57,360 nucleotides of DNA, from assembly GCA_963776275.1 (NCBI GenBank), contig CAVZMI010000011.1, forward strand, positions 1 to 57,360. Direction: 5' to 3'. The position numbers and the translations under genes are program-made. Each line of letters opens with the position of its first letter. Position 1 is the stretch's first letter. The notes beneath the pieces are model-generated. The model was not told the origin of the DNA. It did not search any database and saw only the letters and a list, made by a program, of their open reading frames with translations. Shown one piece after another: positions 12,855-21,582 of the stretch. The stretch comes from Ignavibacteriota bacterium. Its GTDB lineage: Bacteria > Bacteroidota > Ignavibacteria > UBA10030 > CAVZMI01.

Positions 12855-14560
12855 TTATGACGCATCAACTCTTTCGCACAAAAAATATTGAGTCAATTCT
12901 TAAATTGGCTGAAGAACCTGAGCATCAACTTCGCAGATCGCTTGGTGTTGTCAGCCTCACGGCGCTCGGTATCGGTGCCATCATCGGTGCCGGAATTTTT
13001 GCCGCTACCGGAAGCGCGGCGGCAGGAAGCCCAGACCATCTCGGTGCAGGTCCTGCAATAATACTCTCATTCGTCGTCACTGCAATTGCGTGTGGATTTG
13101 CTGCTTTATGTTATGCCGAATTCTCTTCGATGCTGCCGATCTCGGGAAGCGCATATACGTATTCGTATGCCTCGTTTGGCGAACTTATTGCATGGGTAAT
13201 TGGATGGGATTTGATTCTGGAATATGCCGTAGGGAATATTGCCGTCGCGGTAAGCTGGTCAGGGTATTTTGTCAGCCTTCTCTCGGGATTTGGAATTCAT
13301 CTTCCGGCATGGGCCTCGTTGAACTATAACACGATGCTGAATGCCGTGATGGAAGGTCCCGGAAGAACCCCGGAAATGCTCGCTGCGGCCCACACAGCAC
13401 TCGACTCTGCACCACAGGTGTTCGGAATCCCGATTATTATCAATGTTCCTGCGGTTTTTATAGTTACTGTAATCACGATTATCCTAGTCCTCGGAATTCG
13501 TGAAAGTGCTGCACTGAATTCTTTCATTGTCGTTTTGAAAATTCTTATTGTTGGATTTTTTATCGCCATCGGGATATTTTACGTCAAACCGGAGAACTGG
13601 ATACCCTTTGCCCCGAACGGATGGAACGGTGTAATGACCGGAGCCGCATTAGTTTTCTTTGCCTATATCGGATTTGATGCGGTCTCAACAACGGCAGAAG
13701 AGGCACGAAATCCGCAGCGCGATATACCACGGAGCATGATTCTCTCGCTTGTCATATGTACAATATTGTACATTGGAATTGCATTGGTGCTGACCGGGCT
13801 CGTTCCCTCGCTATCCCTGAATGTCAGCGATCCGCTGGCATTCGCATTACACCAACATAACCTGGATTGGGCGTCAGGAATCATATCGTTCGGTGCTGTA
13901 ATCTCCATGACCGCTGTGATTCTCGTTTTTCAGCTTGGTCAGCCGCGTATTTTTTTCTCGATGTCGCGTGACGGACTTCTTCCACCTGCATTTGCCAAAG
14001 TCCATCCCCGGTTCAAAACACCTTATATTCCGACGATTCTTACCGGATTGTTTGTTGCAATCCCCGCAGCGTTCCTCGATATCACGGCTGCAGTCGAGTT
14101 CACCAATATTGGTACACTCTTTGCTTTTGTGCTTGTCTGTGCAGGTGTGATTATCCTTCGGAAAACGCGGCCCGACTGCATGCGCAAGTTCCGGACGCCA
14201 TGGGTTCCGGTTATCCCTATTCTTGGAATTCTTTCCTGTCTCTATCTTATGATCAGTCTTCCGTGGATCACATGGATGCGATTTTTCTTCTGGCTTTTCT
14301 TAGGGACGAATATTTATTTCCTCTATGGCATCGAGCACAGCAAACTTTCCGGAGAAACTTCACCGGACAGCCGCCGGCTTCTTCTCCGGATTCGTGCGGC
14401 ATTGCTGGGGGTTGATCTGATATCCCTGATCTATCTGTATTTCCTTCTTCGGGAGGGCAATAGGGCAGTCGTGACGGTCTTTGAGTACTTCTTCTTTATA
14501 CTTCTTATTCTTTTTTCCGGCGGGCTTTTTCGGAAGCTGTTTCGGGTCAGCAAGCCGTAA
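12851..14560 (+). CDS. APC-family amino acid permease (cationic amino acid transporter-like)
   Basis: GAIIGAGIF, GSAYTY, GWDLILEY, FFAYIGFDAVST.AEE, SRDGLLP; many TM helices. Confidence 0.93.
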   Translation: MIMTHQLFRTKNIESILKLAEEPEHQLRRSLGVVSLTALGIGAIIGAGIFAATGSAAAGSPDHLGAGPAIILSFVVTAIACGFAALCYAEFSSMLPISGSAYTYSYASFGELIAWVIGWDLILEYAVGNIAVAVSWSGYFVSLLSGFGIHLPAWASLNYNTMLNAVMEGPGRTPEMLAAAHTALDSAPQVFGIPIIINVPAVFIVTVITIILVLGIRESAALNSFIVVLKILIVGFFIAIGIFYVKPENWIPFAPNGWNGVMTGAALVFFAYIGFDAVSTTAEEARNPQRDIPRSMILSLVICTILYIGIALVLTGLVPSLSLNVSDPLAFALHQHNLDWASGIISFGAVISMTAVILVFQLGQPRIFFSMSRDGLLPPAFAKVHPRFKTPYIPTILTGLFVAIPAAFLDITAAVEFTNIGTLFAFVLVCAGVIILRKTRPDCMRKFRTPWVPVIPILGILSCLYLMISLPWITWMRFFFWLFLGTNIYFLYGIEHSKLSGETSPDSRRLLLRIRAALLGVDLISLIYLYFLLREGNRAVVTVFEYFFFILLILFSGGLFRKLFRVSKP

Positions 14561-14565
14561 ATACT

Positions 14566-14682
14566 GTAGGTCGACTCTCCGAGCCGACCTTAGACGCAAG
14601 AAGTCGGGAGACTCCGTCCCATAATAGCGGAATGATACCTCGACTGACTTGCCCCGAGTTTACCGAGGGGAGTCGGGAGTCT
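14566..14682. repeat. GTAG-type REP-like palindromes (inverted pair) plus an adjacent hairpin
   Basis: GTAGGTCGACTC-TCC-GAGCCGACC, then an inverted degenerate copy (GTCGGGAGACTCCGTCCCATA); CCCCG..CGAGGGG hairpin at 14652-14670. Confidence 0.5.
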
Positions 14683-14765
14683 TGCCCGGTAAATTTCCAG
14701 GGAATCGAGAGCAATACAGCAAAAACTCCGCGATTCCCTTTTCGTATTCTTCTTACCTGTTATAA

Positions 14766-15134
14766 TTATTTTGGTTGTTCTTGTGTCTCCTGCTCTTTCT
14801 TTGAGGCGATGAAATAATATATCACAAGAGCGAGACCGGCGAAGAGAAAAATCACTCCGGCAATAATCGATTCATCGACGTTGTATACGGTACGTAAGAA
14901 ATTGCCTACGATGATCGCGAGACCAATTGCGACAATGATGATACCCCACTTTAATGAGGCAAGCGGTGATTGGACTCTGAACGCACGACGTGCAATCGAT
15001 TGTATTTGCTCGGGGGAGAAGCCCTTCTCGAGCATCGCCATACGTTCCCTGTGTTTGGATGTGATGCCAAAATAGAATATAAGACCAATAAGAATGAAAA
15101 ATGTAATTGGAATCAATAATTCGAATCCACCCAT
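14766..15134 (-). CDS. DUF6249-like small membrane protein
   Basis: TM followed by HRERMAMLEKG, then LKWGII.VAIGLA; divergent from an ECF sigma. Confidence 0.75.
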   Translation of the reverse strand: MGGFELLIPITFFILIGLIFYFGITSKHRERMAMLEKGFSPEQIQSIARRAFRVQSPLASLKWGIIIVAIGLAIIVGNFLRTVYNVDESIIAGVIFLFAGLALVIYYFIASKKEQETQEQPK

Positions 15135-15174
15135 AATATACCTCCGTTTTAAAAGGATTTTTGTGGCTAAGTTA

Positions 15175-15243
15175 TTTGACTACTACTTTTATAAATTTGT
15201 TTCATTTTTTTTCTGAAACAATAAGATTAAATTGATGGTCAAA
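15175..15243. promoter_or_regulatory. Back-to-back ECF sigma promoters TGAAACAA-N16-GTCAAA on both strands
   Basis: - strand 15204..15175 and + strand 15214..15243 have identical -35/-10 boxes and spacing. Confidence 0.75.
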
Positions 15244-15259
15244 GGGAATAGAACACCAT

Positions 15260-15844
15260 ATGATCCAATCTGACCGGGAACTGATAGCTGAGATACAGTC
15301 CGGCAAGATCGAAAGTTTTCGAATTCTTGTCGAACGACATAAAGACCGTGCGTTTACTCTAGCAGTCCGGCTGTTGAAACAGCGGGCTGATGCAGAGGAA
15401 GCGCTGCAGGATGCCTTTCTCCGCGCGTTCCAGGGGCTCGAAGATTTTCGCGGCGATGCAAAATTCAATACATGGTTATACCGAATTCTGTATAATGTAT
15501 GTATGACACGTCTCGGAAGGGCGAAACCCGAGGCCGAACAGTACTCTTTTCAGGAAGAGGAAAGAGAAGAACTTACGATACAGATAGCTTCAGGAGATTC
15601 CCTGCCCGATGAAGTGCTCGAGCAAAACGAATTCATAACATTAATTTCACATGAAATTGATCAAATGCCGGAACATTACAGATTGATTCTTACACTCTAT
15701 TATATAGAAGAATTGTCCTATGAAGAAATGAGCGATGTGCTTCAACTTCCGCTCGGGACAATCAAGACGCATCTTTTTCGGGGAAGGGCATTACTCCGTT
15801 CCATTGTGATCGAGAAATACTATCCGGAGGTAAAAACTGTATGA
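15260..15844 (+). CDS. ECF-family RNA polymerase sigma factor
   Basis: DAEEALQDAF, F.TWLYRI region 2; LSYEE..LPLGTIKTHLFRGR region 4. Confidence 0.93.
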   Translation: MIQSDRELIAEIQSGKIESFRILVERHKDRAFTLAVRLLKQRADAEEALQDAFLRAFQGLEDFRGDAKFNTWLYRILYNVCMTRLGRAKPEAEQYSFQEEEREELTIQIASGDSLPDEVLEQNEFITLISHEIDQMPEHYRLILTLYYIEELSYEEMSDVLQLPLGTIKTHLFRGRALLRSIVIEKYYPEVKTV

Positions 15845-16413
15845 ACCATTTGAGCAACGACGAGCTCAATGAATTGATCGATGGCAGGTTGACGAATTCA
15901 AAAAAAGAACAGGTACTCGGACATCTTCAGCAATGCCCGTTATGTTCATCTGCCTATCGCCAGTTCGTAATTATCGACCGGGGTGCACGAAGTCAACCTC
16001 TGGAAACAACGAACATCATGTTTGTTGAAAATGTCATGAGGAAACTTATCCCACACGCATCACAGAAACAGCATTCCCGGTTCGAACGAATCCTGAAATA
16101 TTGTGCGAATCTTTTTGCTCTTTTGATTGTGGCGTTCATGGCGTATGGGGTTTATTCACTTGGGAGTGAATTTATACCGGGTGCAAAATCGATCATCCCG
16201 CAAATTGTAGGTTCATCAGATCTCTCGGCAGTCAGGGATGCGATCGGCGGATGGTGGAGTTCTTCGAGTGCACTAATCCAGAAGTATCTGACGATACTTG
16301 CTCCGAAAGGGAAACTGCCGCTCTGGGTCTATGGGCTATGGTCGATAATAATGATAGTTGTCATCGAAAAGATTGCCGGGAAGCGAATACGTCATATGAG
16401 TCCGCTCAGATAA
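15841..16413 (+). CDS. Zinc-finger (ZAS) transmembrane anti-sigma factor
   Basis: HLQQCPLC (HxxxCxxC), two TM segments, ATGA overlap with the sigma gene. Confidence 0.85.
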   Translation: MNHLSNDELNELIDGRLTNSKKEQVLGHLQQCPLCSSAYRQFVIIDRGARSQPLETTNIMFVENVMRKLIPHASQKQHSRFERILKYCANLFALLIVAFMAYGVYSLGSEFIPGAKSIIPQIVGSSDLSAVRDAIGGWWSSSSALIQKYLTILAPKGKLPLWVYGLWSIIMIVVIEKIAGKRIRHMSPLR

Positions 16414-16621
16414 AGAGATATAGTGCCGGATTGTCTATTGATGTACCTTATCATGCGGTATCAGGATGTACGTAGGAAATCCCGCCGGCTTTCCACGGCA
16501 TTCGTGCTCAATACCGATAAGACTCCGCATAGAGCGGCGGTTCCTGTTTTTAGAAAAAGATCCGGAAAAACTCACTCCAGGTTTCCATAAAACCTCTAGA
16601 GGCTAAAATCGAAAACATTTC

Positions 16622-17740
16622 TCAGACTCCGAGTACCTTCAAATAATAATTTTCATACTGATCGACAATATTCTTGACGGCAAACTGTCCGGCGCGTTTA
16701 CGGCATGCCGCGGCAAAGAGTGCATGTTTTTGTTCGTTTGTCAGGAGTTCAATTGCATATCGTGCCATCCGGTCGGTGTCTCCAATTTCTGCAATATACC
16801 CGGTCTCTCCATGCAGCTGAAGTTCAGGTAGTCCGCCGACGCTTGAGGAGATCACCGGCACTTCGCATGCCATTGCTTCAAGAGCCGATAGGCCAAAACT
16901 CTCGGATTGACTTGGCATAAGAAAGAGATCGGATGCCGAAAGGATTTCGACAAGTTCCAATTGCTTCCCAAGGAATTTTACAAGATCTGTAATGCCCAGC
17001 TCGCGGCATAATATTTCACAGTTGGAACGATCCGGGCCGTCGCCCACCAGTAATAATTTTGACGGTATTTTTTTACGGACCTGATCAAAGATTTTTATTA
17101 CGTCGGGAACACGTTTTACCATTCGGAAATTCGAAGTATGGACAAGCACCTTTTCGCCGTTGGGCGCCATTTGTTTTCTGAAATGACACGACTGGATTCT
17201 ATGATACTTTTCCATATCGATAAAATTAGGTATGACTTCGATTTCTTTATCGATCCCGTAGTTGGTCATCGTCTTTTCACGCAGGAATCGGGAAACCGCG
17301 GTAACGCCGTCGCTCTGTTCGATGCTGAATTTCATGACAGGCAGGAAACTCGGTTCCAGGCCGACCAGCGTAATGTCCGTCCCGTGGAGTGTCGTGATGA
17401 GCTTCGGTTTATTGTTGCCGAGTACCGTCTTTGCCAAAAAACCGCTTGTGGCATGTGGTATCGCATAATGGACGTGGAGAAGATCGAGTTTCTCGAATTT
17501 TGCCACCTCGATCATTTTGCTTGCAAGCGATAGAGTGTAAAGTGGAAATTCGAAAAGTGGATAGTTTGCAATCTCCACTTCATGAAAAAAGATATTTTCA
17601 ATGAATTCGTCGAGACGGATCGGTATTGCATAACTGATGAAGTGAATTGCATGTCCACGTTTTGCTAGGGCTTTTCCTAATTCTGTCGCTACAACCCCGC
17701 TTCCGCCATAGGTAGGATAACAGGTTATGCCGATTTTCAT
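16622..17740 (-). CDS. bshA: N-acetyl-alpha-D-glucosaminyl L-malate synthase (bacillithiol synthesis)
   Basis: MKIGITCYPTYGGSGVVATELG, HVHYAIPHA, TTLHGTDITLVG, SNFR.VKR, ESFGL. Confidence 0.95.
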   Translation of the reverse strand: MKIGITCYPTYGGSGVVATELGKALAKRGHAIHFISYAIPIRLDEFIENIFFHEVEIANYPLFEFPLYTLSLASKMIEVAKFEKLDLLHVHYAIPHATSGFLAKTVLGNNKPKLITTLHGTDITLVGLEPSFLPVMKFSIEQSDGVTAVSRFLREKTMTNYGIDKEIEVIPNFIDMEKYHRIQSCHFRKQMAPNGEKVLVHTSNFRMVKRVPDVIKIFDQVRKKIPSKLLLVGDGPDRSNCEILCRELGITDLVKFLGKQLELVEILSASDLFLMPSQSESFGLSALEAMACEVPVISSSVGGLPELQLHGETGYIAEIGDTDRMARYAIELLTNEQKHALFAAACRKRAGQFAVKNIVDQYENYYLKVLGV

Positions 17741-17838
17741 GAACTCTCCTTTTATATGGACTGGTGAAAAGATACAATTCATCCATGAGAGAAACAAGGT
17801 GCTTTGAGCCCGAGGAAAAATGTTCGTATCTTCCCTTT

Positions 17839-18468
17839 ATGATACCGGATGAATTTTTCACGATCGATAAAGAAGTAGAAAGCGAATTGAGAGAAAAAGC
17901 ATCCCGTTTTCTCGCGATCGCTTTTCCGGCGGTATCGCGTCAGGAAGCGGAAAACAGGCTTTTTGAAATCCGTAAAAAATATCACGATGCGACACATCAC
18001 TGCTTTGGTTATAAAATTCTTGAGAAGGATCTGATCGAACGAAGCTCCGATGACGGTGAACCCTCGGGAACCGGCGGCAGACCGATTCTCCAGGCGATCG
18101 GGAAATTCAAATTCTATAATGTATGTGTCGTAGTGAACCGGTGGTTTGGAGGCACAAAACTGGGTACGGGCGGGTTGGTCCGGGCCTACGGCGGTGCGGC
18201 ATACGATGCATTGCAGCATGCGGTTCTCCGCCGTTGTGAAACTGGAGCTATGGTTGACGTTCAATTTCCTCATAATATGACGAATGGCGTCATGCATACT
18301 ATTGCACAATTCGGTGCAAAGATTCATTCCAACCGTTTTGAAGAAGATGCTACCATTACCGTCCTTCTGCGTAACAAGGATGTTGCTTCATTTGCTTCTT
18401 CAATCGTCGAAGCGACAAGGGGAGAAGCGCGCGTCAGAATTGGAACCGAACATATTATTATTGGATGA
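17839..18468 (+). CDS. yigZ: YigZ/IMPACT family protein
   Basis: K.SRF, ATHHC, SDDGEPSGTGG.P, RWFGGTKLGTGGLVRAY; start uncertain. Confidence 0.9.
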   Translation: MIPDEFFTIDKEVESELREKASRFLAIAFPAVSRQEAENRLFEIRKKYHDATHHCFGYKILEKDLIERSSDDGEPSGTGGRPILQAIGKFKFYNVCVVVNRWFGGTKLGTGGLVRAYGGAAYDALQHAVLRRCETGAMVDVQFPHNMTNGVMHTIAQFGAKIHSNRFEEDATITVLLRNKDVASFASSIVEATRGEARVRIGTEHIIIG

Positions 18469-18478
18469 AGAAAAACAT

Positions 18479-19408
18479 ATGATTCAGACCGTTACAGGAT
18501 TTACTGTCGGCCACTGGACCGACACAGTGAATTGCACAGGATGTACCGTTGTACTTTGTCCGCCCGCCACTGTTGCAAGCTGCGATGTCCGGGGAAGCTC
18601 TCCCGGCTCACGTGAACTTGCCTTATTGGCGCCGGAAAAGACAATGCAAGAAATCGATGCAATTCTTCTAACGGGGGGAAGTGCGTTCGGACTTGCAGCC
18701 GCGGATGGTGTGATGAAATTTTTGGAAGAACACAATCGTGGATATGCCACCCCCTGGGCGAGAGTACCTATCGTCCCTGCAGCAGTTGTATTTGATTTGA
18801 ATCTCGGGAGCTCGACGGTCAGGCCCGATGCACATGCAGGATATCAAGCTTGTGAGAATGCTTCTACTACAATACTGTGTGGAAATGTCGGTGCCGGCAC
18901 CGGCACCACTGTAGGAAAGTGGGCCGGACATGAAACCTGGATGAAAGGTGGGGTCGGTGCTGCATTGAGCCGGGAGGGCGACTTGCAGGTGGGAGTGATT
19001 GCAGTTGTGAATGCCGTCGGTGATGTAATCGATGAACGTGGCGAGATTCTGGCAGGCGCGCGAGCTAACGATGGAACCTTCCTGGCCACCAGGGGTAGGT
19101 TCCGTACACTTGCACGGAACAGTGTTATACCGGACACAAACACAACGCTCGTAGTGATCATGACGAACGCACGACTCACGAAGGTAGAAGTTCTCCGGGT
19201 CGCTCAGTGTGTACATGACGGCATGGCGCGTGCAATTATACCTGTCCATACGACGTATGACGGCGATATCGCATTTGCCGCTGCCTCGGGATTAGTCAAA
19301 GCGTCGGTCGATCTCGTAGCTGAAATGGGGGCTGCACTCGCTGCTGAATCTATTCGAATAGCTGTTCGTTCTGCTGAGTCGTTACATGGTGTCCGGGGAT
19401 TGATGTAA
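18479..19408 (+). CDS. Peptidase family P1/S58 (DmpA-like aminopeptidase)
   Basis: VGH, TGCTV, DVRG.SPG.RE, LTGGSAFGL, GNVGAGTG, NTT autocleavage site, P.HT..DGD. Confidence 0.9.
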   Translation: MIQTVTGFTVGHWTDTVNCTGCTVVLCPPATVASCDVRGSSPGSRELALLAPEKTMQEIDAILLTGGSAFGLAAADGVMKFLEEHNRGYATPWARVPIVPAAVVFDLNLGSSTVRPDAHAGYQACENASTTILCGNVGAGTGTTVGKWAGHETWMKGGVGAALSREGDLQVGVIAVVNAVGDVIDERGEILAGARANDGTFLATRGRFRTLARNSVIPDTNTTLVVIMTNARLTKVEVLRVAQCVHDGMARAIIPVHTTYDGDIAFAAASGLVKASVDLVAEMGAALAAESIRIAVRSAESLHGVRGLM

Positions 19409-19410
19409 AT

Positions 19411-19438
19411 TGTGAATTGTGAATTGTGAGTGGTGAAT
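19411..19438. repeat. Heptamer tandem repeat (TGTGAAT)x4, degenerate
   Basis: TGTGAAT TGTGAAT TGTGAGT GGTGAAT right after the peptidase stop. Confidence 0.75.
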
Positions 19439-19524
19439 GTCTAGCGAAGCTGTCTAAAGGAAAACCATGACTGTTCTGACTATGAATGGGCCTAACTCCT
19501 AAGTAACAGCTTAAACATTCCACC
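19432..19524 (-). ncRNA. Candidate small structured RNA (rod-like hairpin), family unknown
   Basis: On the - strand: GAAUGUUUA/UAGACAUUC, AGCUGUU/GACAGCU and AGGAG/UUCCU stacked helices, each with a G-U pair. Confidence 0.35.
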
Positions 19525-19608
19525 TTCATTTCATCATAACGGATAGGTTATAATTCAACATTCGATTGAACCAATAGTGATGGTTTTGTATATTTGGAAG
19601 GAAGTACT

Positions 19609-20532
19609 GTGCAAGTTTTTATTACCGGTGGTACGGGATATATCGGCCGTCAGGTAATTCGGGATCTTGTTGCCGGTGGCTGTGGAGTTCGTGCTCTGAT
19701 TCGTACCGGTTCAGAAGCGAAGCTCCCCCGGGAATGCAGCTCGAATATTTTGATCGTTTTCGGGAATATCGAACAGGCCGACTCGCTTCCAGGATTGATG
19801 AATGGATGTGATGCAGTAATTCATCTGCCGGGTCTCATAAGGGAATTTCCACGACGGGGAATTACATTCCGGGGTGTACAATATTACGGATCGAAAAACA
19901 TCATCGATGAAGCGCGTCGAAGCAAAGTGAAGCGTTTTCTGCTGATGAGCGCAAATGGTGTGCGCTCCGATGCCCCGACGGAGTACCAGCGGACGAAATG
20001 GATGGCGGAAGAATATCTTAAGCAGAGTTCACTCGAATGGACGATCTTCCGTCCTTCGGTAGTCTTCGGCAATGAGAACGAGGGGTATGAAAATTTTGTT
20101 GAGGTGTTGATAAACCAGCTCCGCATGATGCCGCTGGTCGTGCCTGTCCCGGGAAACGGCAGGTTTCTTTTTCAACCGGTTTCGATCAACAATCTTTCAG
20201 AAGGATTTCTTAAAAGTTTGCAGCGGCGCATCGGAATCGGAAAGATTTATGAGATCGGTGGGATCGAGAGGCTGAGTTTCGACGAGATGCTCGATACCGT
20301 GGCCGGGGCGTTGAACATACGGAAATGGAAAGTACATCAACCAATCCCGATTCTTCGAATTCTTGCAAGAATGTTGGGCAGGTATGCATTTTTTCCGATA
20401 ACCGAAGATCAGATTATCATGCTTCTAGAGGGGAACGTGACGGAACAGGAAGGCGAATTTTTTGAAGATTTTAAAATCAAGCCGATTCGATTTTCAGACG
20501 TAATGAGACTCTCCCTCGCTTCAATAGCATGA
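19609..20532 (+). CDS. NAD(P)-dependent epimerase / complex I NDUFA9-like SDR
   Basis: TGGTGYIG Rossmann motif, YQRTK (YxxxK), FRPSVVFG. Confidence 0.87.
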   Translation: MQVFITGGTGYIGRQVIRDLVAGGCGVRALIRTGSEAKLPRECSSNILIVFGNIEQADSLPGLMNGCDAVIHLPGLIREFPRRGITFRGVQYYGSKNIIDEARRSKVKRFLLMSANGVRSDAPTEYQRTKWMAEEYLKQSSLEWTIFRPSVVFGNENEGYENFVEVLINQLRMMPLVVPVPGNGRFLFQPVSINNLSEGFLKSLQRRIGIGKIYEIGGIERLSFDEMLDTVAGALNIRKWKVHQPIPILRILARMLGRYAFFPITEDQIIMLLEGNVTEQEGEFFEDFKIKPIRFSDVMRLSLASIA

Positions 20533-20548
20533 AACAACAGTAGACGGT

Positions 20549-21286
20549 GTGAAGAAAAAGTTCTCTCATGATATTGTCAGTTTACCGCGAGCACTATCGA
20601 AACTCGGGTATTGCTCGCGAATGCAGGCCTTTAGGTTGATTCGGGATGGGAGGGTGAGCGTCAATGAACGGCAGGAACTCGATCCTCACTGCAGGGTCTC
20701 TATCGTCGCCGATCGTCTACGGGTCGATGGGAAGATCATCAGGCCTAAAAAGGATTTTATTTATATCTGTCTGAACAAGCCTCGTGGAGTTGTGACCACA
20801 CGATCGGATGAACTGAGGGCAGCAACCGTCTACGATCTCATTGGAAAACAGTTATCATGGGTTTTTCCCGTCGGCCGGCTCGACAAAGAGAGTTCGGGAT
20901 TACTACTGCTTACCAACGATACCGAGTTTGGTGAAGCGCTAACGAATCCGGCGTCCCGTCATTTGAAAACGTATTACGTAAAGGTTGATCGTATGATTAG
21001 AAGTGACGATCTTCAGAAATTTTCAGAGGGTGTCGTGTTGAACGACGGGTACACCACCCTGCCGGCGAAAGTCCGCCGTGATAAAAAAGACAGGAATGGA
21101 TGCTCATTTATTCTTACATTAACCGAGGGGAAAAATCGTCAGATCAGGAGGATGTGCGAAGCGCTCGGATATAAGGTTTCCGAGCTTCACCGGAGCGGCA
21201 TCGGCCGGCTAACCATTCCCGATTTGAAATCCGGGAAGTGGCGTCCATTAACACGGAAGGAAAAGAACCGCGCTCTCGCACGCTGA
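20549..21286 (+). CDS. rRNA pseudouridine synthase (RsuA/RluB/E/F family)
   Basis: S4 domain, LNKPRG, VGRLDKESSGLLLLTND, EGKNRQIRRM. Confidence 0.93.
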   Translation: MKKKFSHDIVSLPRALSKLGYCSRMQAFRLIRDGRVSVNERQELDPHCRVSIVADRLRVDGKIIRPKKDFIYICLNKPRGVVTTRSDELRAATVYDLIGKQLSWVFPVGRLDKESSGLLLLTNDTEFGEALTNPASRHLKTYYVKVDRMIRSDDLQKFSEGVVLNDGYTTLPAKVRRDKKDRNGCSFILTLTEGKNRQIRRMCEALGYKVSELHRSGIGRLTIPDLKSGKWRPLTRKEKNRALAR

Positions 21287-21344
21287 CTTGGGGAAGTGAC
21301 GGTAGTGACTTGTGATTTGTGAATGAATGAGCAGAAATTAAACG

Positions 21345-21557
21345 GCCAGGTGGACGAGCGAATATAATTAACATGTTAAAAAGCGAGTCGAGGCCACAAT
21401 TTAAGGTTATCTCGATATGGCCATGGCGATTACTGATACACTCGATAACCTGGCTTTTCAAAGAGAATGGAGCATAACCGTGGTGTGGCCTATTCCCGGG
21501 ATGCAGGGGATGAACATCAAAGACTGTCAACTTTAAAGATCGTAAACCACCTTCATT
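21345..21557. ncRNA. Candidate structured RNA / leader upstream of pfkB-mtnA (6S-like or switch-like)
   Basis: AGGCCACA(21391)/TGTGGCCT(21484), GGTTAT-CTC/GAG-C-ATAACC, AGGTGG-ACGA/TCGT-CCACCT long-range helices in a ~300-nt intergenic gap; strand unresolved. Confidence 0.4.
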
Positions 21558-21582
21558 CAACTCTTTTTAAAAGGAGTCTATC

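Noticed and set aside
21144-21560. 138-aa minus-strand ORF and a 39-aa plus-strand ORF at 21417
   Set aside because: The first overlaps the pseudouridine synthase; neither has motifs or a clear RBS, and RNA structure explains the region better
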